Virus record (IMG/VR): IMGVR_UViG_2919425241_000002
Span: 32,530 to 96,529 of that record
DNA from: a virus
Lineage: Duplodnaviria; Caudoviricetes
DNA: 64,000 nucleotides
Strand: one strand, 5' to 3'
The stretch's first letter is position 1. Each line of letters begins with the position of its first letter. The position numbers were made by a program, and so were the translations under genes. Of this stretch, positions 27,341-36,686 are shown piece by piece. The notes under the pieces were generated by a model. That model was not told where the DNA came from, did no database searches, and saw nothing but the letters and a program-made list of their open reading frames with translations.

Positions 27341-27354
27341 AGAACATTCGTTTG
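27341..27354. promoter_or_regulatory. LexA box AGAACATTCGTTTG
   Basis: Consensus-like site upstream of 27013-27276. Confidence 0.55.
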
Positions 27355-27399
27355 CATAAATGTCATAATCCGGTCAAAATTAGCTTCTTACAGCATTAC

Positions 27400-27647
27400 G
27401 CGGTAAGCTTGGGTTTATCGGAGTTATGGGCATTGGTGATTATCTCGGTGATTTTCTGTGTTGGACACTTTATGCAGGGATTAAGTGGTATAATCAGTTC
27501 AACGATATTCGGGCTATCACGGGGTATTTGTATTTCACAACAGGCAGCTTATTTATTCCGATCATCCTTCACATTCTATACGATGCAAAAGCAATATATA
27601 TAACGATAATTCTTCAAAAAGAAAAGAGGGGAAGTTGGATTGTCTAA
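27400..27647 (+). pseudogene. Frameshifted C-terminal remnant of a CPBP (CAAX/Abi) intramembrane protease
   Basis: SVIFCVGHFMQG in one frame, GYLYFTTGSLFIPIILHILYD in another. Confidence 0.65.
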
Positions 27648-28632
27648 GCTTTGCTCAAAACACCGTGAAGAGCTGTTCGAGAAAATCGAGAACAACAAAA
27701 TCGTGGCGTTCTGCGTGGATTGTGAGATCGACCGCATCTATAAGACAGAAGAACTGAAACACCGCGCTACTTTTCAAAGCATAAAAGGTGAAAACATTGC
27801 CATCATGAGAAAATACAAAGACAGTTTCGCTTCAGAACGCGTCAAATACCTAGCGAAGAAATTTCTACGTGTTTTGTTGTTTACTGGGTTATCATTTATT
27901 TTGATAGGCTGGTTCTTTTCATTTCTTATAAGTCTTTCACTCGCGCTTGCGGAAGGTTTATTGCATCGATTTTTCACCTTTACAGCTTCATTTGACAGTA
28001 GTTTGTTAGGTGCTGATTATTGGATATCAGCAGGCATTTATTTTTTGATTGTGTTTATTTTTTATTGGCGTCAAGATGAAACTAAAATGCTCCAACCGCA
28101 ACTGATTCCCGAACCCATCCCTCCTGTTCGAGAGCAAATAGAGAATCGTGTTTTAGACGAGGCAGAAAGGCAAATTTCAGAGGTTACGAAATACAAAAAG
28201 CGGATTCTCGAAGAATACTTGCTGGTGGCTTCCGACATCCAAGAGGTAGACCAAATGGAAGGCGTGGAATTTGAGCATTTTTTAGCGGATATATTCCGAC
28301 GCAAAGGGTACAATGTGCAATTAACGCCGGCCAGCGGCGACGACGGCGTGGACTTAATCATCGAGAAAGCAAGAAGAAAAATCGCCGTCCAATGCAAACG
28401 ATATAGCGGGACGGTTGGCGTATCAGCCGTCCAGGAAGTGTTTGCGGGTAAATCCTTCTATGATTGCGATGAGGCTATGGTGGTCACGAACTCCACCTTA
28501 ACGGCACCTGCCGTCAAGACAGCGCGGAAACTCGGCGTGACACTCTGGGACCGAAGCCGTTTGATTGATGTGCTGGCGGAAACGCAGACGTCAATCGAAT
28601 GGGACGATTATCTAAAACGTTATTATGCATAA
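27640..28632 (+). CDS. Membrane-anchored Mrr-family restriction endonuclease
   Basis: EFEHFLA...GY...T..SGDDGVDL...VQCKRY...AVQE...VVTNS; two TM segments; N-terminal CxxH...CxxC. Confidence 0.88.
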   Translation: MSKLCSKHREELFEKIENNKIVAFCVDCEIDRIYKTEELKHRATFQSIKGENIAIMRKYKDSFASERVKYLAKKFLRVLLFTGLSFILIGWFFSFLISLSLALAEGLLHRFFTFTASFDSSLLGADYWISAGIYFLIVFIFYWRQDETKMLQPQLIPEPIPPVREQIENRVLDEAERQISEVTKYKKRILEEYLLVASDIQEVDQMEGVEFEHFLADIFRRKGYNVQLTPASGDDGVDLIIEKARRKIAVQCKRYSGTVGVSAVQEVFAGKSFYDCDEAMVVTNSTLTAPAVKTARKLGVTLWDRSRLIDVLAETQTSIEWDDYLKRYYA

Positions 28633-28893
28633 GAAAAAACAATAGACAAGTTTGGAAGAAGATGTTAATATGTTTTCGTACCGGAAGCACCGGACAATGC
28701 GAAAGCCCGAGGGAAAGAATCCCCGGGCTTTTATTTATTCTTCATCAATTAGAAGGTAGGCTTGCAATGTCGTATCAAAAATTACAACCTGTCCTGCATC
28801 GTTGTAGTCCATATCATTCACATCTAAGTGACTAAGTATCTTCTCTTTGCCGGTCTCCATGTGTCTTACACGATACTCCATATAATTCATCCC

Positions 28894-29739
28894 CTATACA
28901 ATAAACTCCTCAAACACCGGCAAACGCATCGCCCCTGATTTATACCAATCGCGATATTTTACTTTGCAGCGTACAACCGGCTTCACATAAACATGATCCT
29001 TGCTCTCACCACTCTTAAACGACTGAAACACAGGCCACATTGATTCACGAGCAGACTGAGTGATTCCGAGCTCCATAGTGCCGATCGGCCGTATACGTTC
29101 TCCTTCCGGATATCCAAGCAACCAAGAGTATTCCTTCTTGCTGTACCCAGTTATGTAGACCTCGGCATTCTGATAATTGATTACCTTTTGCCACGACCAA
29201 GAACGCGTTCCCTTTTCATACCTCGAGTCTTTCTTCTTAATCACAATACCTTCGAGCCCATGCTGACATACGATCTTAAAGAAATCCTTTGCACTACCTT
29301 TTATCGGTCGAACAATTCTATAATGCTCTGTCTCCTCAAGTGTCTCTTCAAGCAATTTCTTACGTTGTACTAACGGCAATCCAGTCACATCTATGCCGCG
29401 GTGGTACAAGATATCAAAAGCCATAAATACAACGGGTTTACGCCTCTTGCTGGATCTGAATCCTGCGTTCGTTGATTCAAAGTCTGCACGCCCGAGTTCA
29501 TCAAGAACTACAATTTCACCATCCAATATCGTTCCCTTCGGAATTGGCGGATTGTGCAGCTCGGGGTATTTCACTGTTGCATTGGTGTTCTTTGTATATA
29601 AGTTGAGTTCATCCATATTAGAAACTATCAATCGAATGCCGTCCCACTTCAGTTCTGCTAATGTGGAAATTCCATCAAACGGTTCATTGTTTTTGGCATA
29701 TTGGAGAAGCATTGGAGGAATAAACATTATCTTCATCAC
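28894..29739 (-). CDS. ATP-dependent DNA ligase (LigD ligase-domain type)
   Basis: PMLL, ELKWDGIR, LDGEIV, AFDIL, EGIVIK, RS..W.K, R.PVF. Confidence 0.9.
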   Translation of the reverse strand: MMKIMFIPPMLLQYAKNNEPFDGISTLAELKWDGIRLIVSNMDELNLYTKNTNATVKYPELHNPPIPKGTILDGEIVVLDELGRADFESTNAGFRSSKRRKPVVFMAFDILYHRGIDVTGLPLVQRKKLLEETLEETEHYRIVRPIKGSAKDFFKIVCQHGLEGIVIKKKDSRYEKGTRSWSWQKVINYQNAEVYITGYSKKEYSWLLGYPEGERIRPIGTMELGITQSARESMWPVFQSFKSGESKDHVYVKPVVRCKVKYRDWYKSGAMRLPVFEEFIV

Positions 29740-29844
29740 CCATAATAATCGTACACCTTAGAGCTATACATGACTATTGGTACTTGAAGGAAAAAGCCCG
29801 AGTCCTCTTTCCTCGGGCTTTCACACGTTGCATTTTGCTTTATT

Positions 29845-30516
29845 TTATTCAACCTTGTTAGTAACAACAGCGAGCTGAGTTGTTTTACCTCCAAGCTTAT
29901 TCTCCACTTCCACATGACCTACAGGATATGCGACTAATGTTAGTTGATTCCCTACCTTCAGTTTTCCACTTGCGACTGTAGAAAATAAATCAATGATAGT
30001 ACCATCCGTAGCAGTGAAAACAACTTGTGAAAGTACTCCAGATTTAACAAAATCGCTACCAGGAGGATAGTCTTGCACGATGCCAATTGTACCTGTAAAT
30101 TTAATCGGTTTGCCATAGTAATTCCATGGGGTCTTTAATACATCCTCAGCTGGAACTTCAGCTCCCTGAGGTATATCGCCAGTTGCTTTCAGCATTTTAA
30201 CCCCAAGTGCTAAGTTACCATTTTTGTCTGCGTGCAGATCCTTAACATTCCAAGTAGGGTTTTTATCTTTTTCTTCTTCTGACTTTACTGTGACTGCATC
30301 CTTGTTTTGCGATAATGCAGGTTCACTGTCTGTCTTAGGTGCGCTAACTCCGACAAGTATGAAACATGCGATCATACCCAGAATGTAGGTGAGCAACACC
30401 TTCCCTCGAGTCTTTTTTTCTGCCTTCCCCCAAAAAATAACGGCTTTCGGTTTAATCAACCCAACAATAATTGCGATAAAACAAACGAATAATAATAGTG
30501 TAAAAAAACCGACCAA
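29845..30516 (-). CDS. Membrane-anchored protein with extracellular OB-fold-like domain
   Basis: Two N-terminal TM helices; YYGKPIKFTG.I..V. Confidence 0.65.
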   Translation of the reverse strand: MVGFFTLLLFVCFIAIIVGLIKPKAVIFWGKAEKKTRGKVLLTYILGMIACFILVGVSAPKTDSEPALSQNKDAVTVKSEEEKDKNPTWNVKDLHADKNGNLALGVKMLKATGDIPQGAEVPAEDVLKTPWNYYGKPIKFTGTIGIVQDYPPGSDFVKSGVLSQVVFTATDGTIIDLFSTVASGKLKVGNQLTLVAYPVGHVEVENKLGGKTTQLAVVTNKVE

Positions 30517-30621
30517 CCCAATCTCCTCCTGATTTCCTAAATCTAACTTTATCTAATACTTCAACGTATTCCGAACAATTCCTTTTAGAATCAACTTAAG
30601 TCGAATAAGCTTTTCATCTCT

Positions 30622-31278
30622 TTATTGCAACTCCATGACACTAGAAATGACCTTCAATTCCCGATTTGCGATATTCAAACCCTCGATATTCTTCTGAGTG
30701 GAGATCACATATAAGTGAGGCATAATTGCGCTGGAGCTTGCTCCTGACCGCCAATTTTGAAACTCTGCTGATTTATAAGCCTCCTCAAAAAACGAATTAT
30801 AAACAGAGAATTTACTTTGCCACTGCTTCACACTTAAAGGTGTTCTCTGGACCTCCACACAACCCAACTTCTTTTTCCCTTCTGGCGTCACAAAAGCAAA
30901 TACGGCATCTGGATTCCACACTAACGACCTGCCTGCAAAACTGAACTCCTGCTTGTATTCGTAGAGCCATTGAAACGGCTGCAAGGTGAAATATATCTCC
31001 CCAACTTCCAAAGCGTGCTCAACGTGCTCACACGGCAGCCTAGACCCATTCATCATCTGCAGGCCCTTTCGTGTTAGACGCCATATTTTTGCGCGTCTGT
31101 GCCATTCCCATTCGATTAGTTTTTCCTGAAGCAGTTCCTGAAGGTTCTGTGAAGCTTTCTTTAGTGGGCTGGAATTTAAGTTGAACAGTTTTGCTATCTG
31201 ATCCGTGCGAGCTATTGGAACTTGTGAAAGAGCCTTCAGTATAATTTCTTTCTTTGTTGGTGCGCTCAGAGTTGCCAT
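30622..31278 (-). CDS. Replication-relaxation (Replic_Relax)-family protein
   Basis: Winged-helix N-terminus, EHAL, PDAVF, CVEVQR; overlaps the FtsK 3' end. Confidence 0.75.
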   Translation of the reverse strand: MATLSAPTKKEIILKALSQVPIARTDQIAKLFNLNSSPLKKASQNLQELLQEKLIEWEWHRRAKIWRLTRKGLQMMNGSRLPCEHVEHALEVGEIYFTLQPFQWLYEYKQEFSFAGRSLVWNPDAVFAFVTPEGKKKLGCVEVQRTPLSVKQWQSKFSVYNSFFEEAYKSAEFQNWRSGASSSAIMPHLYVISTQKNIEGLNIANRELKVISSVMELQ

Positions 31279-32317
31279 TCTCGATGATCATTCCTTTCTT
31301 GAGTGGCGCCAACAATCTCTCCCACTCTCTATCGCCGCCAATGTATGGAGTCTGAACTAAAATATCTTCCCCGTGGGAATAGATGCAACGCCCCTTATCC
31401 TTAGGATTAATCTTCTCAGCTCCAGGACGATCAATGATAATTTGGGACCCGAAGTGATCCTTAGTTCGGAATGCAATGGAAGCTTCAACGTTATCTTTGA
31501 ATTGCTTATTGATCACTCTAGCATCCGGCCGCTGTGTTCCGTAGATGCAAAACACTTTAGGTTCACGTCCTTTTCGACCGATGAATCCAATTGCATAATC
31601 ACAATCGAATGCTAGTTCCTTATCCATAGTTCTCGCGGCGTACTGGGTTGGCGAAAGGTCAGCCGCCTCATCAATGAGTACAACAATCGGCTTGAAAGCA
31701 GCAACAGTCTCTTCACGATTCCCAAACTCCCTCGACTGAATTACGGCCTTTCTCCTCTCGAGCTCCTTCACCAATCCCACAAGTATCTTCCTGCTGGATT
31801 TAAGTTCATCCGCAACCGTTACAAGCCCCTCAAAAGGTGAGAAGGAATATCCTTTCATGTCGCAGATGTATACTTCGTAACCTTGCAAAAGAAGTTGATA
31901 TGCAATCCATCTCTGCCAATCCGTCTTTCCTGCACCGGACGCACCGCCCTCCAGAATATGAACATTAAGGGGATGGTAAACAGGTTGCATTAACCGATCG
32001 TAGCCAATAAGCAATTGATTCTGCTTCAAGTGCTCCTTCTTAAAGCGCAAAGGAAACGGCCAATCTTTTTCGATGATTCTGCAGACGAGCAGCCCCTTGA
32101 AGTTGATTAACTCAACTTCTTTCCCACACGTCGCTATAAGCGCAGGAAGGTATTTCTCAGCCTCTTCATAGGACGAGTTTAGCGGTACATGGAATCCGAT
32201 TTCCCACCCGCATATGACCCTTCTATGCTTGTAATACGTCCAACCCTTTTGCCCTTCCTTGATGTCTTTTAGCAATGGCTTATTGAGTATTCGAAGAATG
32301 CGTTGTGTGTAGTTCAT
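31040..32317 (-). CDS. FtsK/SpoIIIE-domain ATPase
   Basis: GGASGAGKT Walker A, DMKG, LIDEAADL Walker B, GR...TQRPD. Confidence 0.88.
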   Translation of the reverse strand: MNYTQRILRILNKPLLKDIKEGQKGWTYYKHRRVICGWEIGFHVPLNSSYEEAEKYLPALIATCGKEVELINFKGLLVCRIIEKDWPFPLRFKKEHLKQNQLLIGYDRLMQPVYHPLNVHILEGGASGAGKTDWQRWIAYQLLLQGYEVYICDMKGYSFSPFEGLVTVADELKSSRKILVGLVKELERRKAVIQSREFGNREETVAAFKPIVVLIDEAADLSPTQYAARTMDKELAFDCDYAIGFIGRKGREPKVFCIYGTQRPDARVINKQFKDNVEASIAFRTKDHFGSQIIIDRPGAEKINPKDKGRCIYSHGEDILVQTPYIGGDREWERLLAPLKKGMIIENGNSERTNKERNYTEGSFTSSNSSHGSDSKTVQLKFQPTKESFTEPSGTASGKTNRMGMAQTRKNMASNTKGPADDEWV

Positions 32318-32588
32318 ATGCTTACGAGAACGAGGACTAAAGCTGCAGATAAGAGAAGTACAAGCGTAGTTTTTGGGTGATCTTTAAACCAATTTGAATT
32401 TGGTGTTGAACCTTGTTGATCTTGCCAGAATGGATCGGCCATAATGGCGGCACCTCCAGTGAGCGCAATGCGCGAATAAGTGAGTTGAGTGGAACGAAAC
32501 GAAAGGATACGAAAAAATTAATAGGGGTGAATGTCACATAAGTTAAGCCGAACAAGCAATGAATTACCTCCCTGTACCATTCACCCCT

Positions 32589-32635
32589 GACTTTCACCGG
32601 GAACAAGCCGAGAATGTTGCTCGGACTTTCACCGG
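32589..32635. repeat. 12-bp direct repeat GACTTTCACCGG flanking a CCGAG...CTCGG hairpin
   Basis: Copies at 32589 and 32624 in the non-coding gap upstream of FtsK. Confidence 0.6.
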
Positions 32636-32732
32636 TTCTTAAATAATGATTGCCATTTATAAGCGTTGGACAATTTCCCGTGTGTTACTCCTTCGTGATG
32701 CTCGCGAAGAAACAAGACTTTGAACAGAGTGA

Positions 32733-32927
32733 TCATGCCGGTTTCCCCACCAATCGGTTATAAGTTTTGGAGTCTTTGGGCACCACACGGAAACGGGGTT
32801 TATCGTTCATGATCTTGTAGCCGATCCAGGACCCAATAATGTAATAGCGGTATGCCGGGCAAACGATGTAAACCGTGACGGCAGCTAAAGCGAAAGCCGT
32901 TTTACCAATTTTCATATTCCACCTCAT
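32733..32927 (-). CDS. Small membrane protein
   Basis: Hydrophobic N-terminus; in operon. Confidence 0.5.
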   Translation of the reverse strand: MRWNMKIGKTAFALAAVTVYIVCPAYRYYIIGSWIGYKIMNDKPRFRVVPKDSKTYNRLVGKPA

Positions 32928-33322
32928 ACGAAGTAATCTAGATGATCAATCATCGACATTCCTTTTTCTTTGAACACACGAATCATTTCACGCATGGTGT
33001 TTTGGTTGTCGACTTCAATGACTTTATTCATGAGTTTCTGATACAAACTATGGAGCGATGAGTTATCGTAATGATTACCTGGTTTGTTGAGGTACCTATA
33101 GATTTTATCCAGGTCCTCAACCTTGCTGCTTTTATCAATTAACTCTTCGACATATGAAGGAGAAAGGCCGACATCGGTTTTGAGATCAGCAATCTTATCT
33201 GCATGCGTCCATCGGAAAGAACTTTCAGCCGCTTGGATATCTCTGGCGACTATTCTACCTCCTTTATTGCCGATCTCCTTCGCGAAGAACTTAAGCAAGC
33301 CACCTAACGGACCAGACATCAA
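32924..33322 (-). CDS. Hypothetical protein
   Basis: ORF in operon, AAGGAG RBS. Confidence 0.6.
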   Translation of the reverse strand: MMSGPLGGLLKFFAKEIGNKGGRIVARDIQAAESSFRWTHADKIADLKTDVGLSPSYVEELIDKSSKVEDLDKIYRYLNKPGNHYDNSSLHSLYQKLMNKVIEVDNQNTMREMIRVFKEKGMSMIDHLDYFV

Positions 33323-33583
33323 AGCAGCAGCTCCTTAATGATGTGAATGACATCATCTGCAGTCTGTTGATTCATAACTTCCGTCATATCAACGCGCGAA
33401 GCTTTTGCAAGCATTCTTACAAGCCAACTCATAAACATTACCTCCTAGTAAAATGCATGTCGTCGCCAATATGAAAAATGAAGTGTGGAACATCAAACCA
33501 AAAATCTAATGTTGCAATAAATATTTCAGCGGTAATGCCGGTTACTGCAATTGTCCATGCGAGAGTATTCTTCATGCTGACAC

Positions 33584-33838
33584 CTACTTTTTGAACTTAT
33601 CAGACGGCGGCCAATCAATATCGAACTCAGTTCGAAGCATATTCTTAAATTGCTCTTTGCTGCTCTCTTGCTTCTCAGATAAACGATTGAAAGGGATTAT
33701 GGTATCTGGTTCATCCTCTATGGTGATATGGTAATGATTCGATTCCTCTTTCATTTTGTCTAAGCGAAATTTCGTTAGTAAAACCGCTGATGCTGCCATC
33801 ATTCCTGCGCCTAATGGTAATAAAAACATCCTTACCAT
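33584..33838 (-). CDS. Small membrane protein
   Basis: GGGAGG RBS; N-terminal TM. Confidence 0.6.
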   Translation of the reverse strand: MVRMFLLPLGAGMMAASAVLLTKFRLDKMKEESNHYHITIEDEPDTIIPFNRLSEKQESSKEQFKNMLRTEFDIDWPPSDKFKK

Positions 33839-33959
33839 CCTCCCTTTTGATCAGCTTCGCACTTCGAGATGGTACACATTCTTTGGGGCTGCTCGGTATT
33901 GAAGCATAGGCTAGAACGCTGCCGGCAAAGATACAGAAGCCAGTGAACAGGCTAATCAT

Positions 33960-34280
33960 TTATTGCACCCCTAGCACATCTGAGATAAATCTTCCCACGA
34001 CGCCAATCTGCCCATCTCCACCAATATTTTGAATTAGATCTTTTACTAAGGAATGCAAGTAATTGTGGCCATGTCGCATGGTAAAGTGATAAGTGGATTG
34101 ACCAAACCCGTATAATGCCTTTGTAACTACAAATGGTTCCGGATCAGCAAACGCTTTGCCAATTAATTTAGCGGTGCATACGTCAGGATTCGTGTCAACT
34201 CCGCATAATTCAATTGCCTTTGCACAATTCGATTGGTCAACAAGCTGCGAACACACCCTAGGAACTAGAGCGATCTTCAT
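33960..34280 (-). CDS. Hypothetical protein
   Basis: Coupled ORF in operon. Confidence 0.55.
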   Translation of the reverse strand: MKIALVPRVCSQLVDQSNCAKAIELCGVDTNPDVCTAKLIGKAFADPEPFVVTKALYGFGQSTYHFTMRHGHNYLHSLVKDLIQNIGGDGQIGVVGRFISDVLGVQ

Positions 34281-34480
34281 AACATCACTCCGAATGTGTG
34301 GGCGATTTCCCCGACCTTATCCCATACCCATTTCAAACTAACTACGGCAGCCGCCACATCCAAGATAATTGTGAAGAATATCGCGAAGTTTTTGCCACCC
34401 ATGCTAACGATAAGATTATTTCCGATGTGGCCGATGATCGCTATCCCAACGATCGATAAAACTTGTGGTGGAATAATCAC
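34277..34480 (-). CDS. Two-TM protein resembling SpoIIIAC/AD
   Basis: 67 aa; I.GI.II......L...G.......I.L pattern ending in TF. Confidence 0.5.
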   Translation of the reverse strand: MIIPPQVLSIVGIAIIGHIGNNLIVSMGGKNFAIFFTIILDVAAAVVSLKWVWDKVGEIAHTFGVML

Positions 34481-34607
34481 TTTGACTCGCCTCCGTAGTG
34501 CGCTATCAATGCCTCACGAACGATCTTTGAAACATCACGTTTCTTTTCCTTGAGCAACTTCTCCAGCAACCAACCTTTAACGCGAAACGTAAATCGCTTT
34601 TCTTTCA

Positions 34608-34793
34608 TCATTTCAATTCATCCAGGTGCTTCAGAATTTGTGCTTTAATCTCCTCGTTAGTAATCTTCTGACCTTCAGTAAGCTCCATTGATAAAAGCAA
34701 ATTAACATCCGCCAACATTTGCTCTAATCCCATACGCGTTGCCTGCTTGATAAAGTTGTTCTCTTGATGCACCACTCTTGCCATCGTCATCAT
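34608..34793 (-). CDS. Hypothetical protein
   Basis: AGAGG RBS; first gene of the FtsK-module operon. Confidence 0.5.
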   Translation of the reverse strand: MMTMARVVHQENNFIKQATRMGLEQMLADVNLLLSMELTEGQKITNEEIKAQILKHLDELK

Positions 34794-34913
34794 CCTCTCT
34801 TTGTTGTCTGACAATATAGGTATATGGCCTATGCTTGGGCATGTTGTAAGTAATTTTGAAAAGGCTTGTATCTTTTTCATAGATTTTGTCCACTCTGGTG
34901 ATATAAAAGGAGA

Positions 34914-35141
34914 GTGGATAATATGTTTGGATTAGGAAAGCCAAGAACAAAAGCGGGAAGTTTTTTGGATAACAATAAACTTACTCAAGAGAAAGTGAGG
35001 GTAGCCGCGGGTATCGATCGAATGACAATGGCAGCACTTTGTGGGAATGAGGATTACCACCCACATGCAAGAACGAGGATTAAATTTGTAGGGGCACTTC
35101 GTAAGATGGGATACGATGTTTCTGTCGAGGATTTTTGGTAA
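34914..35141 (+). CDS. Small XRE HTH regulator
   Basis: MFGLGKPRT....FLD...LTQ......GI...T...LC...DFW. Confidence 0.8.
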   Translation: MDNMFGLGKPRTKAGSFLDNNKLTQEKVRVAAGIDRMTMAALCGNEDYHPHARTRIKFVGALRKMGYDVSVEDFW

Positions 35142-35183
35142 AAAAAAACGCCACCGGATTTCTCCGATGACGCTAGTTTGCTA

Positions 35184-35414
35184 CTAACCTTTGTTTATTT
35201 TCTTATCGACTATCTCAGTCAAGATTTTCTCATAACTGATATAGTTGCCGTAAAGTTCTTCTAGTGCAATTCCCACATGTTTGTCAGACTTTTGACCTTT
35301 CAAATTTGATTTTGCACCGTCACGTAATGATCTTGCTCTCATGGAAGAAGCTACAACTAGCGAATACTTGCTATCCACGATATCAAGCAGTTTATCGATT
35401 GAAGGATATAACAT
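35184..35414 (-). CDS. rpoZ: RNA polymerase omega subunit
   Basis: MLYPSID.L...VDSKYSLVV..S.RAR.L...K.VG.ALEE. Confidence 0.9.
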   Translation of the reverse strand: MLYPSIDKLLDIVDSKYSLVVASSMRARSLRDGAKSNLKGQKSDKHVGIALEELYGNYISYEKILTEIVDKKINKG

Positions 35415-35518
35415 TCAATTTACCTCTCCAGTCCCGGTGTTGCGATTTTTGGTACGTAAGACAAGTATATTAAATGTGTTTACTTCGGCCGTTGAGCCGA
35501 GGTTAGTTCATTTCACCC

Positions 35519-35547
35519 AGCATATGCGAGTACTTCGTAATTTGCAA
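35519..35547 (-). promoter_or_regulatory. SigA-type promoter for rpoZ (TTGCAA-17-TATGCT)
   Basis: Exact 17-bp spacing; ~100-nt leader with a hairpin at 35483-35502. Confidence 0.6.
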
Positions 35548-35652
35548 GTATAAACAATAAATCACGAAATTATTTTTGGCAGGGTTAGAATTTTATTTAT
35601 TATGCCCTCTTTTACTACCAATTATCCTCTGTATTGTTTTATGCCCTAGAAA

Positions 35653-36033
35653 TTAGGGATCAATCATTTCATCTTCTGTCCATTCTTTGCTTAATTCGGC
35701 TCTAAGAACATCACTGTAGTTGATCCAATCCCAATTTATCTCACCAGTAAACGGGTCTTCTGTATCAAATCGAAATTCATTACGTTGGCTGCGAGTCACA
35801 ATTCCGGTTAACTCCTTCGTCTCATACTCATCGTATAAAGTAAGAACGATCGGCTTCCTGTATATCTGCGATTGGCTCAACGTAGCTGAAATGATCTGTA
35901 TCCCCTGATCGTCACGAATTGGCCGCGGGAGACGTTGACTTTCTTTACGTTTAATTATCGCAGCTTCTTTATGTTGGGGTAGCATCATCCGACTCGATTC
36001 CCATAGACCGTTATGTTCTAATTTCTTACCCAC
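35653..36033 (-). CDS. YolD-like protein
   Basis: NGLWESSRMMLPQHKE...P..D... Confidence 0.85.
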   Translation of the reverse strand: MGKKLEHNGLWESSRMMLPQHKEAAIIKRKESQRLPRPIRDDQGIQIISATLSQSQIYRKPIVLTLYDEYETKELTGIVTRSQRNEFRFDTEDPFTGEINWDWINYSDVLRAELSKEWTEDEMIDP

Positions 36034-36048
36034 CAGAAATGCCTCCTA

Positions 36049-36483
36049 TTAATCAAAATTAACAAACATTTTACGATCGACGTTTAACTCTTTCTTCTCA
36101 GTTGGGTCCGCGACTATTGGCTTGAATTTACTTTTATCCAGTCGAGCTACATACCTTCCTAACCGTACTGACATCTCTGCTTTTGCATATCCTTTCCAAA
36201 TGCCAAAACTCTCCTCAAATCGCCGAACGTAAATTTTATAATCAAGTGTCGATCCTACTTTCCACGCCTTCACAACTTTAATATCAGCATCTTTGAGGCG
36301 TTTCTTAGATTCAACGTGATCAATCATAATCATATCAAGCAATTGCTGGAACTGATCTGGATGCAAGTGTTTGAGCGGTGTACTCTCAGGGAAAGTCATC
36401 CAATTATCGATCATCTCTAAAATCATTGGGAGTAAGATAAATGTGGTAATGTCATCTTGTTCTTCTTTAGTTGTAAACCCCAT
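36049..36483 (-). CDS. Hypothetical protein upstream of the YolD-like gene
   Basis: GAGGTG RBS before ATG 36483; SOS box upstream. Confidence 0.7.
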   Translation of the reverse strand: MGFTTKEEQDDITTFILLPMILEMIDNWMTFPESTPLKHLHPDQFQQLLDMIMIDHVESKKRLKDADIKVVKAWKVGSTLDYKIYVRRFEESFGIWKGYAKAEMSVRLGRYVARLDKSKFKPIVADPTEKKELNVDRKMFVNFD

Positions 36484-36508
36484 AGAACACCTCAATTCAT
36501 TCAAAATG

Positions 36509-36522
36509 GGAACATTCATTCG
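36509..36522. promoter_or_regulatory. LexA box CGAATGAATGTTCC (minus-strand reading)
   Basis: Just downstream of TATAAT; YolD operons are typically SOS-regulated. Confidence 0.7.
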
Positions 36523-36686
36523 TGTTTTAGTATTATACACCGCGGACGTAATAGTTATGCAAGTGAAATTTTATGGGAACGGAAAATGCGAACAGAGGAT
36601 TAAATGTAAATTTAATGAAACTATTTGGTAGGATTTGGCGTAGGTATTACAGAAATGATGGGGATACAAAATGAGGAGGAATTCAC

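Noticed and set aside
28640-28735. Type I antitoxin RNA
   Set aside because: The convergent small ORF is not hydrophobic; the hairpin is explained as a bidirectional terminator
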